DNA of 64,000 bases from Lobosporangium transversale (lineage: Eukaryota), in contig NW_019028981.1 of NCBI RefSeq assembly GCF_002105155.1, forward strand, positions 1,116,001-1,180,000, given 5' to 3'. Both the position numbers and the translations under genes were made by a program. Positions 13,201-27,512 of this stretch are shown here, one piece after another; position 1 is the stretch's first letter, and the number at the start of each line of letters is the position of its first letter. The notes under the pieces are model-generated. The model saw only the letters and a program-made list of their open reading frames with translations. It was not told the DNA's origin and did not search any database.

Positions 13201-14356
13201 GCAGCAGCATGGTCTGCAATTCAGGCCGTCGAGGGCATCGACCGCACCTATACATACAATCAAGAACGATTGGGGGACACATGTTCAAGACCAAAGATTC
13301 TATTCACAACCACAGCGATGTATTGCCCCTGCACTTATTCGACAACAACATCATTCTCAGCCTGCCCAAGTCACTGGAGATGCGAATGGAGCTATATTAC
13401 GACATATCATAGCTCCTGATGAACTTGCGTTAGCCATTGATCTGGAAATGGAGGAGAGTAGGCGGAAGCAGGAAATAGAGCGATTAGGAAAGCTTCAGGA
13501 GCAGGAGCAACAGAAATGCAACGACCAAGAATCCAAGCTGATTGAGTCAGAGCTATTACCGTCTGGATCCCAAGATACAACCGCAAGTATTATAGCCTCC
13601 ACTACTATCGCAGCCGATGATACTATTGTGAGTGATGTCATATCGCTGAATTCGCTCACCATCCTGGCTGCAACGAATTCAGAGCTACCGCCAACCTCCA
13701 CGGCCGTAGCGGAGCCAATTAGTGGCAACTGTGACCTTATCCTGGCAGCTGTACGCCCACTGGGCCAATTGAACGACGTTGGGAAGTCGGATGTACCATC
13801 TCCATTATCGCGATCCCTTCCACCCCCGAAACGCAGCCTTCGTCGCCAGCCATCCATAATAACAGGTCCCGAAGGCTCCGCGCAACCATCGCTGCACAGA
13901 GCAACTATGGTATCACAAGCTTCACAAGCCTCACGAGTATCATATATTTCAATGCCAAAATTAGATGCGTCTTTATTAGAAGACGAGTCTTTCCATATTT
14001 TTGAAGATGGACCAACTGAAACCACGACCATAACGAGGAGAGATGATCACATGGCAATACTGGAATTCGCAAAAGGTGATAATGCCGGCGATGGGCCTGA
14101 AGACTTAATGGCAATTGAAGCCTCGGTTGCTACGGCTATGACGGATAGTGCTACCACTACTTTGATGGATTCAATTACAACTCTAGCCATGAATAGAAAT
14201 GAACTAAGTCGAGATGGATCTTCTGCAGCATTATCTCCTGTATCTCCTGTGTCCCCTGCATCCCTGGTATCAATAGATTCCCCTCCCATATTACCAAGGC
14301 GATCTCCCTTCCGTGGCATTGTAGCAACGAACACAAGTCCTGTCAGCTCATTGTAG
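10297..14356 (+). CDS. PH-domain protein with long disordered C-terminus; introns 10813-10923 and 12062-12155; start uncertain (10258, 10297 or 10369)
   Basis: Spliced reading gives ILEEWLQKRSSSLQLVWKRRWCVLRDGCFYYYRSN|TDTKPLGVLHLADY...FHAETAQALDLWLDAIQ, a typical PH signature. GT-AG introns join three ORFs in frame. Confidence 0.85.
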
Positions 14357-17118
14357 TACAATCAGTTTTCATGCTCTGTTTCCTAGATGTATAATACACA
14401 ATAACAAATAACTGTTCTCTTCCTTTACAGACAACCGAAAATAAACAGAGTTCCACAGTTGCTTGCAATTGATATCCACATATCCATTACATAGGAGCGT
14501 AGCAGGTGAGGTGCCTTCTGGCTGTGTTTATTAGAGCAAATCCACCGGGGTTAGATCTTAGATAAAAATAATAATTTAGGACAGCTGTAGCAGCTCACGA
14601 TAGATTTTTTGAAAGCAACACCGCAAGAGATCGGGTCATTCTTAAAAAATTAAACGGCATTTTGCTGTCTGGCCCCATTTCAATCGTATCACATCAAAGA
14701 TCAATATTACATGGGCACTACCTTTTAACTCTGGGGTGTGGTCTCATTCTCCTTATCCTTGAGGTAGATATTCTCCTCAATGTTTCTAGTAGATCTTAAG
14801 ACCAACTTTATAGTTTTTTCTTGTCTATGGTTGATACTGTATTTACATATTTTGCCTACTTTGAACCCATTGGTCTGCCAACTTTCATGTAATTAACGAG
14901 TCGCTGAGCAGAAGGGGACAGAGCGGGAAATTGAAAGCCAGAAAATGTTTTTCATCCGGTGATAAAAAATAATGAGGTTCAACACTGCAAAAGTGGCGCC
15001 GTTGTGCAACAAATGAATTTTCCCACTGATCCATGTGCAAAAGATCATGCAAAGCTTCAAACCCAAAATGTTCCAGACGCCCCTGGTCTATTTTATTCCT
15101 CCTTCCCAGTTTTGTTAGAATATGGCTATGCCTGTTGTCGGTTGAGAATCGGAAGCATAGACTTAAAAAAAAAAAAAAAGAGAGACGTTTCAATGTGGCG
15201 CTCCATACAACAATCTAAATACAGGGGGGGTGATAAAGCTTTCCGTTATTGTATCCTTTCAGTCAGTATCAAGTCTCTAGGTGCCCAAAACGCGTGCTTT
15301 TCTCATATAGACGCGTGTGCAATCATACTAGAAAGCACCCACCAAATCTTTGAAAAGAAAATAATGTGAGTGATGGAGGAAAGTAGATGAGATTATAAAA
15401 AAAAATAAAAAAAAAAAATAGCATGTCGGCGATTTGATATTGACCGATAACGGGAAGCTGACACATGTTCTGCAGTGAGCGTCATGCACGCGTGTGCTTG
15501 TGTGTCCAAACTATGAAGGTAAAGGAAGGCTCTTCGTTTAAGGAAGGGAAAAGGAGGAATGAGGGGGAAGGAGAAAAATAAGGGAGCGAAGGGGAAATAT
15601 GACGGTGATCGGATCGCATCCTTGGCAGCCTGACTTCGAAAAACAATAAAATGAAGTGTGGCCATCCAGGAGTTGAGTGCAGCGCGTATAAGCCAAAAGG
15701 GTGCACGTATGGACACAAGTTATTTTTCTATTAGTGAAGTCTACGACCTTTTTCGAGGGGGTGGGATCAATATATAAGATAGAGCCTAGAACTAAGAATG
15801 ACTTGGTGTACCTCTTCAGCGTTGAAAGCTTTGTCATCCTGACAAGAAAGAGACAGTAAAAAAAAACTGACTTAACAATGACAGAAGCGAGTGGAAGGCT
15901 CTTTTCATCTTTTCTTACATCCCTTCCTCTAAGAAACATTCCCAGACAAGAACTGGAAAGTGGATTTGGATATGTGGGTATTAAGAAGGGGATTTAGAAG
16001 CCAAAGGTGCTGCTTCAAACAAACAAAAAAAAAAGGAGGAATGAGAAGATACAAACCATTTTTGCCCCTCGATACAAGAGTTAAGAAACTATTGGGATGC
16101 ATGGTGTGTTTGAAATGAGGGCTGTGATGAAGGAGTGAAATGTTGAGGATTTGTGCACCAATAACATGTAAAAGAGAGCAGGGGGTTGCCTATACTAGCG
16201 AGAGTGGTTCTTCCTTTCTGTACGCTCATATTCATGTAGTCATTGAATAGCAGCATCGGCGCATCCTCTAAAAGTAAGGCTTTACGTTGGAATAACGCAA
16301 AAGAAGGAGGATGCCGAAAAAGAAGTAATCCTCGCACAGACCCTGTACACAAACAATGTATGGATGAATGGATAAGTGTATAAACAATCCTCCTTACTCA
16401 TGTTCTTGGCCCCATGAACAATCTCATTTTGATCTGCCTTGATCATTCGTTTTTTGTTGCATGAGGATCTCATTGTCGTTATTGAGCATTGTTACTTTAT
16501 TTTATTTAACCTTTGTGTCCTTGTCCAGACGTGAATTTAATATTTTGCCGCGTTTAGTGCAAATTTTCTCCATCTACACGTTGCTCACGTGCATAAATTG
16601 ATCTCAATCCCATCATTCTTTACTGTAATAATGTGTCTTTGAGCACATCAATTCGTTAATCCGTTATTGTATTACTATTGTTTGCTTCGCCTAAACCCAT
16701 CCAGGAAAAGGAAACAACGTGTTCTGTTCTGCGCTTCGACCTAAGATATGGTTATTTTTTAATTTACTTCACTTGTAAATATTACATCTGTTCTCAATCA
16801 GCACCATTAGTCTAGCCCCTCTTCTCCCTCCTTCCTTCAAATGAAGCGGGCTCAGTACAGTTGCTTGCTACTTTTGCTACTTCTACTTTACTACATTTTG
16901 TTTTGCTTACTTTGTTCTCACGAAGACAAAGAAAACCCGCTTACTTCATTTCTCTGCTTCTCCTTTCTTTGGTTCATTCTCCCACTTTTTCCCCTAACTG
17001 TTGCCTTCATTCACTCTTTCGGTTACTTCCTCTTCCCTCTGCCCTTCCTTCCTACGCTCAACCGCGCCCAATTTACCGAGCTGCATCTCCGCAGCGACGC
17101 TATGCCATCACAAACATC

Positions 17119-18981
17119 ATGCCGCCTGTGTTTCTTCGGGTTTTAAATTTTCTTCCTTTCAGTCAAAGAAACACCTCCTTCCAACGGACTAGCGGCAGCG
17201 CATTCACCTCAGCTCCGGCCCCAGTCTCAGCCTCCGCCTTGGTCCAGCCTCCAGCACTACAATCCACACGAAATGAACGGGTTCTATCCTCAGCACCATG
17301 CTCATCCCCACTCCCTTCCACTAGCAACGGCAGTAAAAAGAAAAGTCCATGGTCAAGGCGGAGCTCAAAAAAGCCTACACCACATCGTGAGCAACAACCA
17401 TCACAGCCAAATAAAAATGGACACCCTAAACTAGCCTCAATATCGTCGCTAAAACTGTATATCAGCAGAGCGTTTTCCCCTACGCGCCGCGCGTCGCAAT
17501 CTACACCCATGGAACCATTGCACGATGGCTATATCACAGCGCCAACAGTACCAACAATAGCGTCACTCCCAATTCAGATACATCAGAAGAAAGCTTACGC
17601 TTCAGTACCAAATAATATCATTGATACTATTGTCTGCTGCAATCGGTCTTCTTCGGACGATGTTGACCTAGGGGGTGTCATCATTAAAACTAGTCGCGCG
17701 AACACGACGCCCGGGCAGTGGCAGGAGCAAGTTGACGCCTCGCCTTTATTATCCACATCGCCTCCCTCTCCCACATCCTGTTACGTATTAGAGCCCCCAT
17801 CACACCTACCTTTGGTCTCGACGCATTCAAACATCGCCGATTGCCACAGTGATAACAAAAATAACAATAAAAGCAATGCGCAATGGTTACTAACTGGATC
17901 CGTTGACACCCTTGAGCAACTGCAGCAACGCACTGAACATCTCGAACAACACGAGCGTGACGAACACAAGCACAGACATGAACACAAGAACAGCTGCTAC
18001 CTTCAGGGTGATCAGAAACCCCGTCAACCGCATGAACATGAGACGAAAGAACCGCTTGTTATGGGTCCAGCGCCGAGGCCCGCATTGTTGGGTTGCACAA
18101 GGGTAGCAGAAGACGGCGGAAGCAGTGATACAATTCATGCGGGTACAGAAGCAATTACCACAACAACACCTGTATCAACAGTATCACCAGAATTAACGTT
18201 ACTTCGGCATTCGGCTTTTCAAGCATCATATGGAATACAAGGCGATGGTGGGGAGGGAGAAGTGAAAGAAGAAAGGAAAAAAGATGTAGGGGGGGGAGAA
18301 GAAGAAGGGCAAGAGATGAATGGAAAAGACATAAACAAACGAGATGAACACAACCCGCGTCACCACCACTATGCTGAGTGCTCCAAAGATAAACAAGAGC
18401 AGTACAACGGTCAGCAGTATCAACAATTTGATAACAGGGGTGACCAACTGAGAAGGATGGATGATACTAGAATAGTACAAGACAAAAAGAAAAAGGCGTA
18501 CGGTGTCCATTTCTCCAACTCTCACTATGTATTTGATTCTACCTTTTTGCCTCCCGTTTCACTTTTGCCACCATTACAAACCCCCTCTTTCTCTACTGCC
18601 AACATGCCAACAGCACATGAGTGTTTTCCGCAGTCAGATTTAAACGAGATAGGACCACGGCAAACCAATGGAAGCAAAAAATGCAGCGGTGTCGAAGAGG
18701 TCAGGGAAACCAAAGAGACCAAAGAGATCAAAGAGATCAAAGGGATCAAAGAGAGCAAGAATATTGATCTTTTGAAGAAAGATCCAACAACTCGCTTCCA
18801 GATTCTTGAAAAACTTGGATCCGGGTACGTCCTCTTAGCTGTCAGTTTCCATGCATCAAAAGTAGACACACCAAACGGCACTACACATTCTTACTCTATT
18901 CATCGCATGCTTTCTTCTTAAAATTACTTTAATCATTCCTTGTACACTCTCGAGACTGTTTCCTGCTTCTTATCATCTAAC

Positions 18982-19015
<34 letters not shown>

Positions 19016-21166
19016 ACCCCAAAATGCAATGCAAATATGCAAGACAAAAAACCTCCGAATTTTTTGTTAATGCTCCCATCTTATTAACACCTTTTTACGG
19101 TTTTTATTCGTGTTCATGTGTGCGCACCCCTTTTAAATATTTGACCTCTTTTGTTAAAAAAATAGCTCAAGTGGATCCTCAATCTTCAAGGCATTGGACA
19201 GATTAGATGGAATGAAACCGGTAGCTCTCAAGAAGATTCCATTATTGACCTTGAGTGACAGCTTAGAAAGTAACGTTCCTGCTCAAGCAGATGTTGATGC
19301 TTTTATTAACAGTATTGCGTATCATAACGAGGATTGGGGACAAGGTGGCGACGAAGTAGTAAGGGAAGAATACATAACTGATGATGGCGGTGATAACAGC
19401 AAGAGTAAAATAAGGCAAGAAGGAACAAGATGTTTGGACAGACAGCCGTCAAACAACTGGCCAATATCATCAATGATAGCTTCAAAAATCGCAAGAAAAA
19501 AGGGTTATAATCAGGTCATGAAGTGTCAGGACTGTTTTCTCATTGGTAGTGAGTTATGGGTAAGCAATATTTTTTTTCTAGCCTAGTGTAGAAATGGTAT
19601 CACCATGATAGAAAAGTCGATCCACTCGGAAACTGGGTTAAAAAGAAGGATGTGAGAAAGAGAGGCAGAGTTGGTTTGTTTGTTTGTTTGCATCAACACG
19701 CCATCTTTATATCATCAGTCATTGCTCTTAAGTTTGACCATGAAAGCTTTTATTTTTTTGGCCTTATTATTTAGCTACTATTGGAATTTTGTGCCGGAGG
19801 ATCAGTTGCTGACCTCATTCGACTCTCAGATGGGCCTTTAACAGAGTCCGAGATCGGCTGGATCATGAGCCAGGTTCTTCAAGGGCTTACATTCCTGCAT
19901 AGCAAGGACCATGTTCATGGTGACATCAAAGCTGGGTATTTTTTTTTTTTTTTTTTTTTTTTTTGGAAGGCTTCTTTGATAAAATCCTAATTTCATTCCT
20001 TAAATCTCTTCCATTCTTCTTCTTCAGTAACATTCTACTTACAATGGATGGTCAGGTCAAACTTGGCGGCTCTGGCACAGTCTTGAATCATAAAGAAGGT
20101 GCAGGGGAGCGTAAGCGCCGTCGACGATCATTGGCCATGACCGAGTTCCCAGTAAGCTGGCTAGCACCTGAGCTCAACAACTCTGCAGTCTGTTGTCCTT
20201 CAGTAATCTCTGGGACAAGGGTCAAGAATTGCCCATTAGGACATGACAACACAAACAATAATACTGAAAACCCAAACAGCTCATCGTGGACACCAAGAGC
20301 AAGCACAGAGACAGATATCTGGGCTTTAGGGATTGCTTGCATTGAGCTCTCACAAGGCCGTCCACCTAGGCCAGAAATGTTACTCCTGGCAATGCTCGAT
20401 GAACAAAAACCTGTGAGTCATCAACAAATAGCGTTATCGTCACCCGCATTTGATATCGTTGATAGGCTTGGTGGGATTAAATTTGGTGGGATAGGATTGG
20501 AGTCAGGATCAAGGACTCCAGGATGGGAGAGCCTACAGTCCACTGCATCCTCTGCAAATGAATCACTTGGCGCAGTAGGGTTGGGGATGTCGGAGGAGAT
20601 GCGGTCGTTTATTGCAAAGTGCTTGACTCCAGACCCCAGGACCCGGCCTAACGTGTATGATCTGCTTCAGGTAAAAAAAAATGACTGGCCTCCTTCCAAA
20701 ATTTGATACAGATGCGAATGGCCCTATCTGGTCGCTGTTGTCTAATGAAAAATCTGCTTTCCTCCAGGATCCATTCATTATCCAAAACCAGGGAGGAAGT
20801 GCAGAACTGGTGGAGAGGATCCAACAGATGATGGAATTCGTGAACCAGTGCGCGTCTATCTCTTCAGAAATGCCGCTGCATCTCCATAACCAGCATCAAT
20901 CTCTACCTCTTCATGCTTCATCATCGTTACTACCAACAGTAGGCTCTTCCGCATCAGCCGCGGCAAACTCAACTTCGGCTCTGACATTGTCACTCAGTAA
21001 GGCATCATTGATGATCGATATGGACCTGGATGAGGCTAGTATCGGACCATGGCTCATTCCCATGGTCCGACCACGTGTTGATTCTGTCTATGACGCATCC
21101 AGTTTCTTTGACCAGTCTGGGTTGCCCATAGCCCCACCCGAGCCAAGCACGGCGAATCATAGTACG

Positions 21167-21197
<31 letters not shown>

Positions 21198-21612
21198 ATG
21201 GTGATCATTTTTTTCTTATGTATTCTGTATTTTTTAAATTTTTCTAGTATCACATTGGAAACATCAACGGGTCAGTCATCCTGTTGTAAAACAAGCCCTG
21301 ATGTGTGATCAAGCTGGGTACATGATCTTTCGTCATTCGCGTTCACCATCCTTGGCGACTATTGTAGAGAGTCACTTGGAGGATGATAGCTGTAGCTGCA
21401 ACAGCACCAGCATTAAGGACTTTGAGTGTAATACCACTAACAGCAGTGGTAATAGTAGCTATAATAGTAATAATGGCACAGGTCTTCATCGCATAGGCTC
21501 GGATGATCTGAAGATCGATTACGGTGACAATGGGAGTATTGGGCCATTAGATAGTGATGATAACCTTTCAAGCGCAAGCTATCATGATGTGCATAATTGG
21601 ATTGTTACATGA
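17119..21612 (+). CDS. Ste20/GCK-like kinase-fold protein, probable pseudokinase; introns 18825-19165, 19560-19774, 19936-20027, 20671-20767, 21162-21247
   Basis: DPTTRFQILEKLGSG|SSGSSIFKA, VALKK, ELW|LLLEFCAGGSVADLI, HGDIKAG|NILLTMDGQVKLGGSG, WLAPE, DIWALGIACIELSQGRPP, FIAKCLTPDPRTRP. Confidence 0.85.
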
Positions 21613-22873
21613 ACATAAAAAAATTAATAAATAAATAGTTGAAGAGGTTTAAAACTGCGTAGTAATGTTATTAACAGTGCAATTGATGTATTAACCAAAT
21701 TCATGTGAATATTAATCCTGTGTACATAATGTGTTTTCTGTAGGGCTAGGTTTAGGTCCATGTCTGAGAGTAAACTTGTTGGGTTTCCGAAGGGGCGAAG
21801 ATCAACCTTTAGCCTGGTGGTTAAGTTCAAGATGACTTGCAGAATGGAATCCATCAAGGATTCATTTATACCAAGCAAGCCCATCCCGATCCTCCGAGAT
21901 CAAATTAAGGAGGTATTCCCCGGCAGGTTGGTCAAGTAGAAAGCACTGACTTCATGATTCAGCAAAGCAAGCAGACCACAATTACTCTCTGGTGTGGACC
22001 ACTAAAATGATAAAAAAAGGAGCTTTGGAAATCTCTTTATGACAATGTTATTAATATTATGAACAAAGGCTCCCTTATGCTACAACATGCAAAGAGCTTG
22101 CATACCTTGTCTCAAACTAATAAAAAAATGGAAGATTCGAAGAATGTAAAAAACAAAATTTTTTTTAATTGCATAGCCCGATGTAGAATTACTTTGCTCT
22201 TCACATTTTCGCAGTATGCTCAAATGCCTCACTTCTATTTCTGTCTTTCTTTTCCTAATTTTCTGGGGCTACAAAAAAAAAAAAAAAAAAAAAAAAAAAA
22301 GCGTTTTGTGGCATCAAGAGATCGATTGCGAACTGTACAGGCTGAGCAAACAAAAGAAGTCGACTTTTGAAAGCATGTGTGGCTAATTGCTAGTGTGTAA
22401 CACACACAAAGAGAGAGGAAAAGCTTCACATGTGGTATATATTTATATGTATATAAATAACAGCAACTATTGTTATTCTCTTTGTGTCTCTGTGGCGTTG
22501 CGGCCAAAATGGGTTCTATTTTTTCTAAATAGAAATTTCCGCGGAATCCCAAAAGTCCATTATTAATGAATTGTAATGATGCTATTAGTCATAATTCAAT
22601 AGGTGGTAAAAAAAATAATAATCGATTAATGAATAATTGTTTGCACGTACTGTTCAGAATGCTCTCAATGAACACAATTATATTACAAAGTATATAGATG
22701 TACATATATTAAATTGAACGGAAAACTTGCTTTTATCCAAGCAATCATGCACGACATTTTTCCTTTCCTACGTTCATTGTCGTCGTATTTTAGACGTCAA
22801 AATAAAAAACCGTTTTAAAAGAAATTTTTTTTGATAATTTTTCTTCTTTTCTTCGTACCAATTTCATCTTCAT

Positions 22874-22961
22874 CACACTCCTCTAACTGTCTTCCATAAC
22901 CTTTCACCACACTCCTCCAACTATCTTTACATAACCCTTCACCACACTCGCCTCCCAACTA
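22874..22961 (+). repeat. Imperfect tandem repeat, ~34-35 bp unit x 2.5, in the 5' leader of the EF-hand gene
   Basis: CACACTC(C)...AACT... units start at 22874, 22908 and 22943. Confidence 0.7.
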
Positions 22962-22970
22962 CCCACCATA

Positions 22971-23890
22971 ATGGCAAGTCTCCTTGGTTTAATTTCTCAC
23001 AATGATTCATAATTCCTTGCTTTGTTGACCACGAAACTAACTTTGCTTCTTTCTTGATTCAAACATGGTCCACATACACATACGCATCTATATGGACACA
23101 TCTTTAGACTAGAGCTGACTTTACTGAATCTCAAATTGTGAACATCAAGATGCAGTTCAAGAGCATGGACAAGGATGGTGATGGCTCCATTACTGAGGGT
23201 GAATTCTTGGATGCCCTCAAGAGCTCTAACCGCAACCCTGACGAATACGATCTTCAGGCATTTTTCAATCGTGCAGACAAAAATCGAGATGGTCGCATCA
23301 CTTTCAACGAGTTCTTGGACGCCTGCCATGAATTGGGTCTAGGTCGCGATTGCGACCCCACAGGCCAACCAACTAAGAAGTCTCAAAAAGAGATCGATGC
23401 CATCTTCAAAGCGTTTGATTTAGATGGCAACGGGTACATCTCTCCTCAAGAGCTCAAGCAGGTCATGGCCAAACAAGGTGATTATCTGTCCAAGGAAGAG
23501 ATCAAGGAGATGATTGACGCTGCGGACACTAACAGGTAATGATGAATAAATAAGTAACTAAAAAAAAAAAAAAAAAAAAAAAAAAAGATGGATGAGTGAT
23601 GACTGAAGCAACATGACTGGGCAGGTTTTTTTTAAAAAAAGTGCGACAGGTGATGAGCCATTTAATCATGCACTGACAACCTCTTTTTGTCATTGATTGT
23701 AAAAATTTTTTTAGGGACGGCCAAATCGACCGTGAAGTAAGTCTAGATTCTCCTCAATGTCTCAATAGCTCAATAGCTCAATCGCTCAATAGCTTGCTCC
23801 AATTCTGTGTTTCCCACTAATCCAGTTGACATGTCTTTTTCTCGTCTTTTCCTCTCTCTCATTTATTAGGAATTTGCAAGGATGGTGTAG
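22971..23890 (+). CDS. Calmodulin-like 4-EF-hand Ca2+-binding protein; exons 22971-22973, 23108-23535, 23715-23736, 23870-23890
   Basis: EF loops DKDGDGSITEGE, DKNRDGRITFNE, DLDGNGYISPQE and DTNR|DGQIDRE|E. The first intron is GC-AG, directly after the ATG. Too divergent to be canonical calmodulin. Confidence 0.85.
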
Positions 23891-24284
23891 ATATTACGCA
23901 GCTCCTTCTTAACGGAATACCACCGCAGCTAATACGAATTGCAAATTTAGTCCTTTCAATTTCTTGAATAATCAGTTTTGTACAACATTTTCAAAAAGAA
24001 AAAATTATACCAGCAACTTGTGCACAACTCGATCTATACTCCAATGCTCTTGCTCGATGTTCCTTTAATTGTTATTTTGCATTTACGGCATTTAATATCT
24101 TTATCAAAACACTCTCATCGCTATCTTGCCAGTCTTCATTATGTCCTTGTTGTGGATTGTGGTCAGAAAAAGACTATTATTTTCGGGTATACAGACATTC
24201 ATGAGAGTAAAAATAAATAAATAACAAAAGGGTTATATAATATCAATGCCATAAAATTGTCTAACTGTCTGAGGGAATGTACTA

Positions 24285-25688
24285 CTAATACAGATCGAGT
24301 CGCCGGAACACTGCCCTGACTTGCTCCATGAACACAAAGGTGAAAATCGTGTGTGGGCTAAAGTCACAGCCAAAGAACATAAGAAAATCAAACCAATAAA
24401 ACTAATTGTTAATATTTGTTGTACAGAAAAAGAGCAGATTGCTAATCAAGAGTGCATGTGCGGTGAACTCTTTGGGTAAATAATAAACCTCTTTGATCAG
24501 CCGCCTCCCTCATTCACCCGAAGCTTCCTGTCTTTCATCTTTAACCGGTAAACTTACCCGATGCGAAGATAGTGGGCTGTGAACCCCTTGTAAAGAGCTC
24601 GGACTCCCTCCGCCTTGACCGTCTTGACAGCGCAATCAAGCGGGCTCTTATATAACATGCCTCCTCTCCCAGTAATGGGATCTGGTGCTTGATTATACAT
24701 TCTGGTCGAGATAATGTCAAATGGATTCATGACAATGCACAAGAAGAACCCAGAGATTAAACTACTGAGTGCATGGCAAAGCGCTCCATTCTCTAATCCA
24801 GCGACCGCAATCATGTTTTGCTTGACCACATCATATAAAGGTAATTGAACGGATGAGCCCACGCCGGTCCTCATCATCGAAGCATCCACACCTCTGTATA
24901 AACCTCGGAAGCCCTCAGACTTGTAAACGTGCCTTAATCCATCGAATGTATGTTTGTAGTAGTGCTGATGTCCAACTCGAGAGGCCTCATGGGATGAATA
25001 GGATTGTAACCGAGTTTTGACCAAAAAAAGCGGCGATGCCAGCACAGCAGAGAGTACGCCGCCCGTTCCGCCAGCTGCAATGTTGACCACATTGTTATTT
25101 TTGGCAGGATCTGTACCCAACAATTGATGAATTGAATGCTTGATGGGATCATACAACCCCAGCCGAGTTCCATTCATCATGATTTGGTACATGTATGCAC
25201 ATCCCAACCCACGCTGTAATCCTCGGATACCCTCATATTTTGCAATATGAACGAATGCCTGAGCAAAGTTGGTGTAGATCTTAGTTGTTCCTGGTGCCTG
25301 ACGCATCAACTCTCCTTGTAATTGAAGTCTTGTTTTGATTACCTAGCAATAATGAAATATGTATTTATGTGGAGTCAAGTAGACAAGTCCGACAAAAATA
25401 GAGCAATACAAGTGGGCAGAGGTTGTTTGTCAGTGCCTTTTCTTCCTCTTGAACAAAAAAGTAAACATCAAATATGGGGAACAATATAACTATTAGTACC
25501 TCGGCAGGATTGGTGATAGTAACAGCACCGCAGGCAGCGATACCTCCGGCAAGGAAGCCATAGAGGGCAGAGGGTTTTTTGATAGTTGTGTTTGTAGCTG
25601 TTGTGAGAGCGGTGCTGGTGGGGAGAGGCACAGCCTGAGTAGGGACAGCCATAGAAACGGAAGGAGAGCGTAATGTTGAGTTTGACAT
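24285..25688 (-). CDS. OAC1: Mitochondrial oxaloacetate/sulfate carrier (SLC25 family); exons 25688-25500, 25342-24558, 24357-24285
   Basis: GGIAACGAVTITNPAE|VIKTRLQLQGE, EGIRGLQRGLGCAYMYQIMMNGTRLGLYDP, SPLFLVKTRLQSYS, NPFDIISTRMYNQ, KGFTAHYLRIG|PHTIFTFVFMEQ. Confidence 0.9.
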
Positions 25689-25871
25689 GTAGACTGATCG
25701 GATGATGTTAAATTTTCAATGTCAATGTTGAAATGAGTCAACGAAAGGAAAATGACAAAGTGGAGCCCACAAGAAGGACTGTATTCCTTAAGATAAATAA
25801 AAGAAATAGAGAAATCCTTGAGCGGAGACAGAAAAGGAAAAGGAAAAGAAAAAGAAAGCAGAAACAGAAAT

Positions 25872-25973
25872 AGGAACAGGAACAGGAACAGGAACAGGAA
25901 CAAGAACAAGAACAAGAACAAGAACAAGAACAAGAACAAGAACAAGAACAAGAACAAGAACAGGAACAAGAAC
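25872..25973 (+). repeat. (AGGAAC/AAGAAC)n hexamer microsatellite upstream of OAC1
   Basis: About 17 hexamer units. It generates the spurious FLFLFL and VLVLVL ORFs. Confidence 0.95.
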
Positions 25974-27403
25974 AGGAAGGAAAAGAAATAAAGAATGGAT
26001 AATGGAGCTTGAAGAGTCAACAAAGTCATCTTTAATTGTATGAAATGACATTTAAGTCTGTGCAAAAATGTTTTTTACCACGGGCAATTATAGTTTGGAT
26101 GGTTTGGTTTCCTATGCTCATGTGTGTCATCACAATAGGTACATAAAATCACATGACGCATTACAACGGATATAAAATAAAGATTGACTGCTGATTTACA
26201 AAAAAATTAATAAGTCTAACGCAACAGCAATGACCAGACATTGGCCATTTAAGCGTGGATAAATGTAAAGGCATGAATACAAATGTATATACATGTATCT
26301 ATATACATTCTTTTCCTAAACTTTGAGGCAGTTCGATCGACAAGTAGCAAAGGAGATATATAAGCAACTATATTTCTCACCATGTTATCAGTTTACGCAC
26401 AAGATTTTCAGGCGTTGGAGAAAAAAGCACAAATGCGTACTACACATACATGTACCTTGATCTGAAGCTGAGATGACGATGCGGTCGATAACTGGAAGTG
26501 TTGTACATATTTTTTCTTATGTGTAATACATGTTTTGGCCCTTGTTTCATTGAATCTCCTTGACATTTCTGTCTAAAGAGTTAATGGCAAAGAGGATTAG
26601 GCGAGGGGTCAAATAGACGGATGAGGAGACAAAGGTGTACAAGTGTCCATTTAAAATAAGAAAGAAGGGGGGACCACATCATTTTAAGCACCTCCGTCTG
26701 CTCACTTGCCTCACTCTGTCTTCTTGTGGTTCTGCTATATTGGTATACCGCAACAGTAACCATTACAAGACCGGATTAAAAAAGAACAAAAAAGAGAGCA
26801 GTATGCAGACAGCCCGTCCGTTCGCATAGTTCAACATCTGACCCAACTTGTGTGGATGTGTTTGATTTACCTCGATAAATAAATAAACTGGTAAGCGGAT
26901 ACCCCTGTTGCCCCTTGTAGAACATAGCATTCCTCCTCTTGAGGAAGATACACATCGTATATTATGTGAAGCGTGTTTACAGTATATATATATATATTAT
27001 ATATATGTATATTCATATATATTTCCTTTTGCCTTGCGTTCTTAGTCCGACATTTATATGTATAAATATTCTTTCCTTGGAGTATTTATATCTTTTTTTT
27101 TCGATCCTTTTTTTGCGTCTTGTCTCGTACCCTTATTATATATAGCACTCTCATCTCATCACCCCTAGTCACATACAGTAGACACGTACCGTCCCCATCC
27201 CATCGTCATCCTCATCCTCGCTTCTTTTTTCTTTTCTTTTACAACAAGTAGCCGTCTGAATATCACAAGCTCTCCAGTCTTTCAATCCCTCTAACTCCTC
27301 TGCACAGCTACTCCCTTCTCCTTCTTCCCCTTTAATCACCCTCTCTTCCACTCTCCTCAGATCTATTTCTCTTCCACCTCTTATTTATTTATTTCCTTTT
27401 TTT

Positions 27404-27435
<32 letters not shown>

Positions 27436-27512
27436 TTTTTTTTTTTTTTTTTTTTTTGAAATCCAGAGATAAACAAATATCTAAAACCCACCTACACCAA
27501 ATACAACATACC

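Noticed and set aside
21743..21939. ~65-codon open frame after a TGTAG acceptor downstream of the kinase gene
   Set aside because: No recognisable motif and no convincing donor linking it to the kinase; left unannotated.
25493..26065. ORFs with FLFLFL / VLVLVL runs
   Set aside because: Translations of the hexamer microsatellite.
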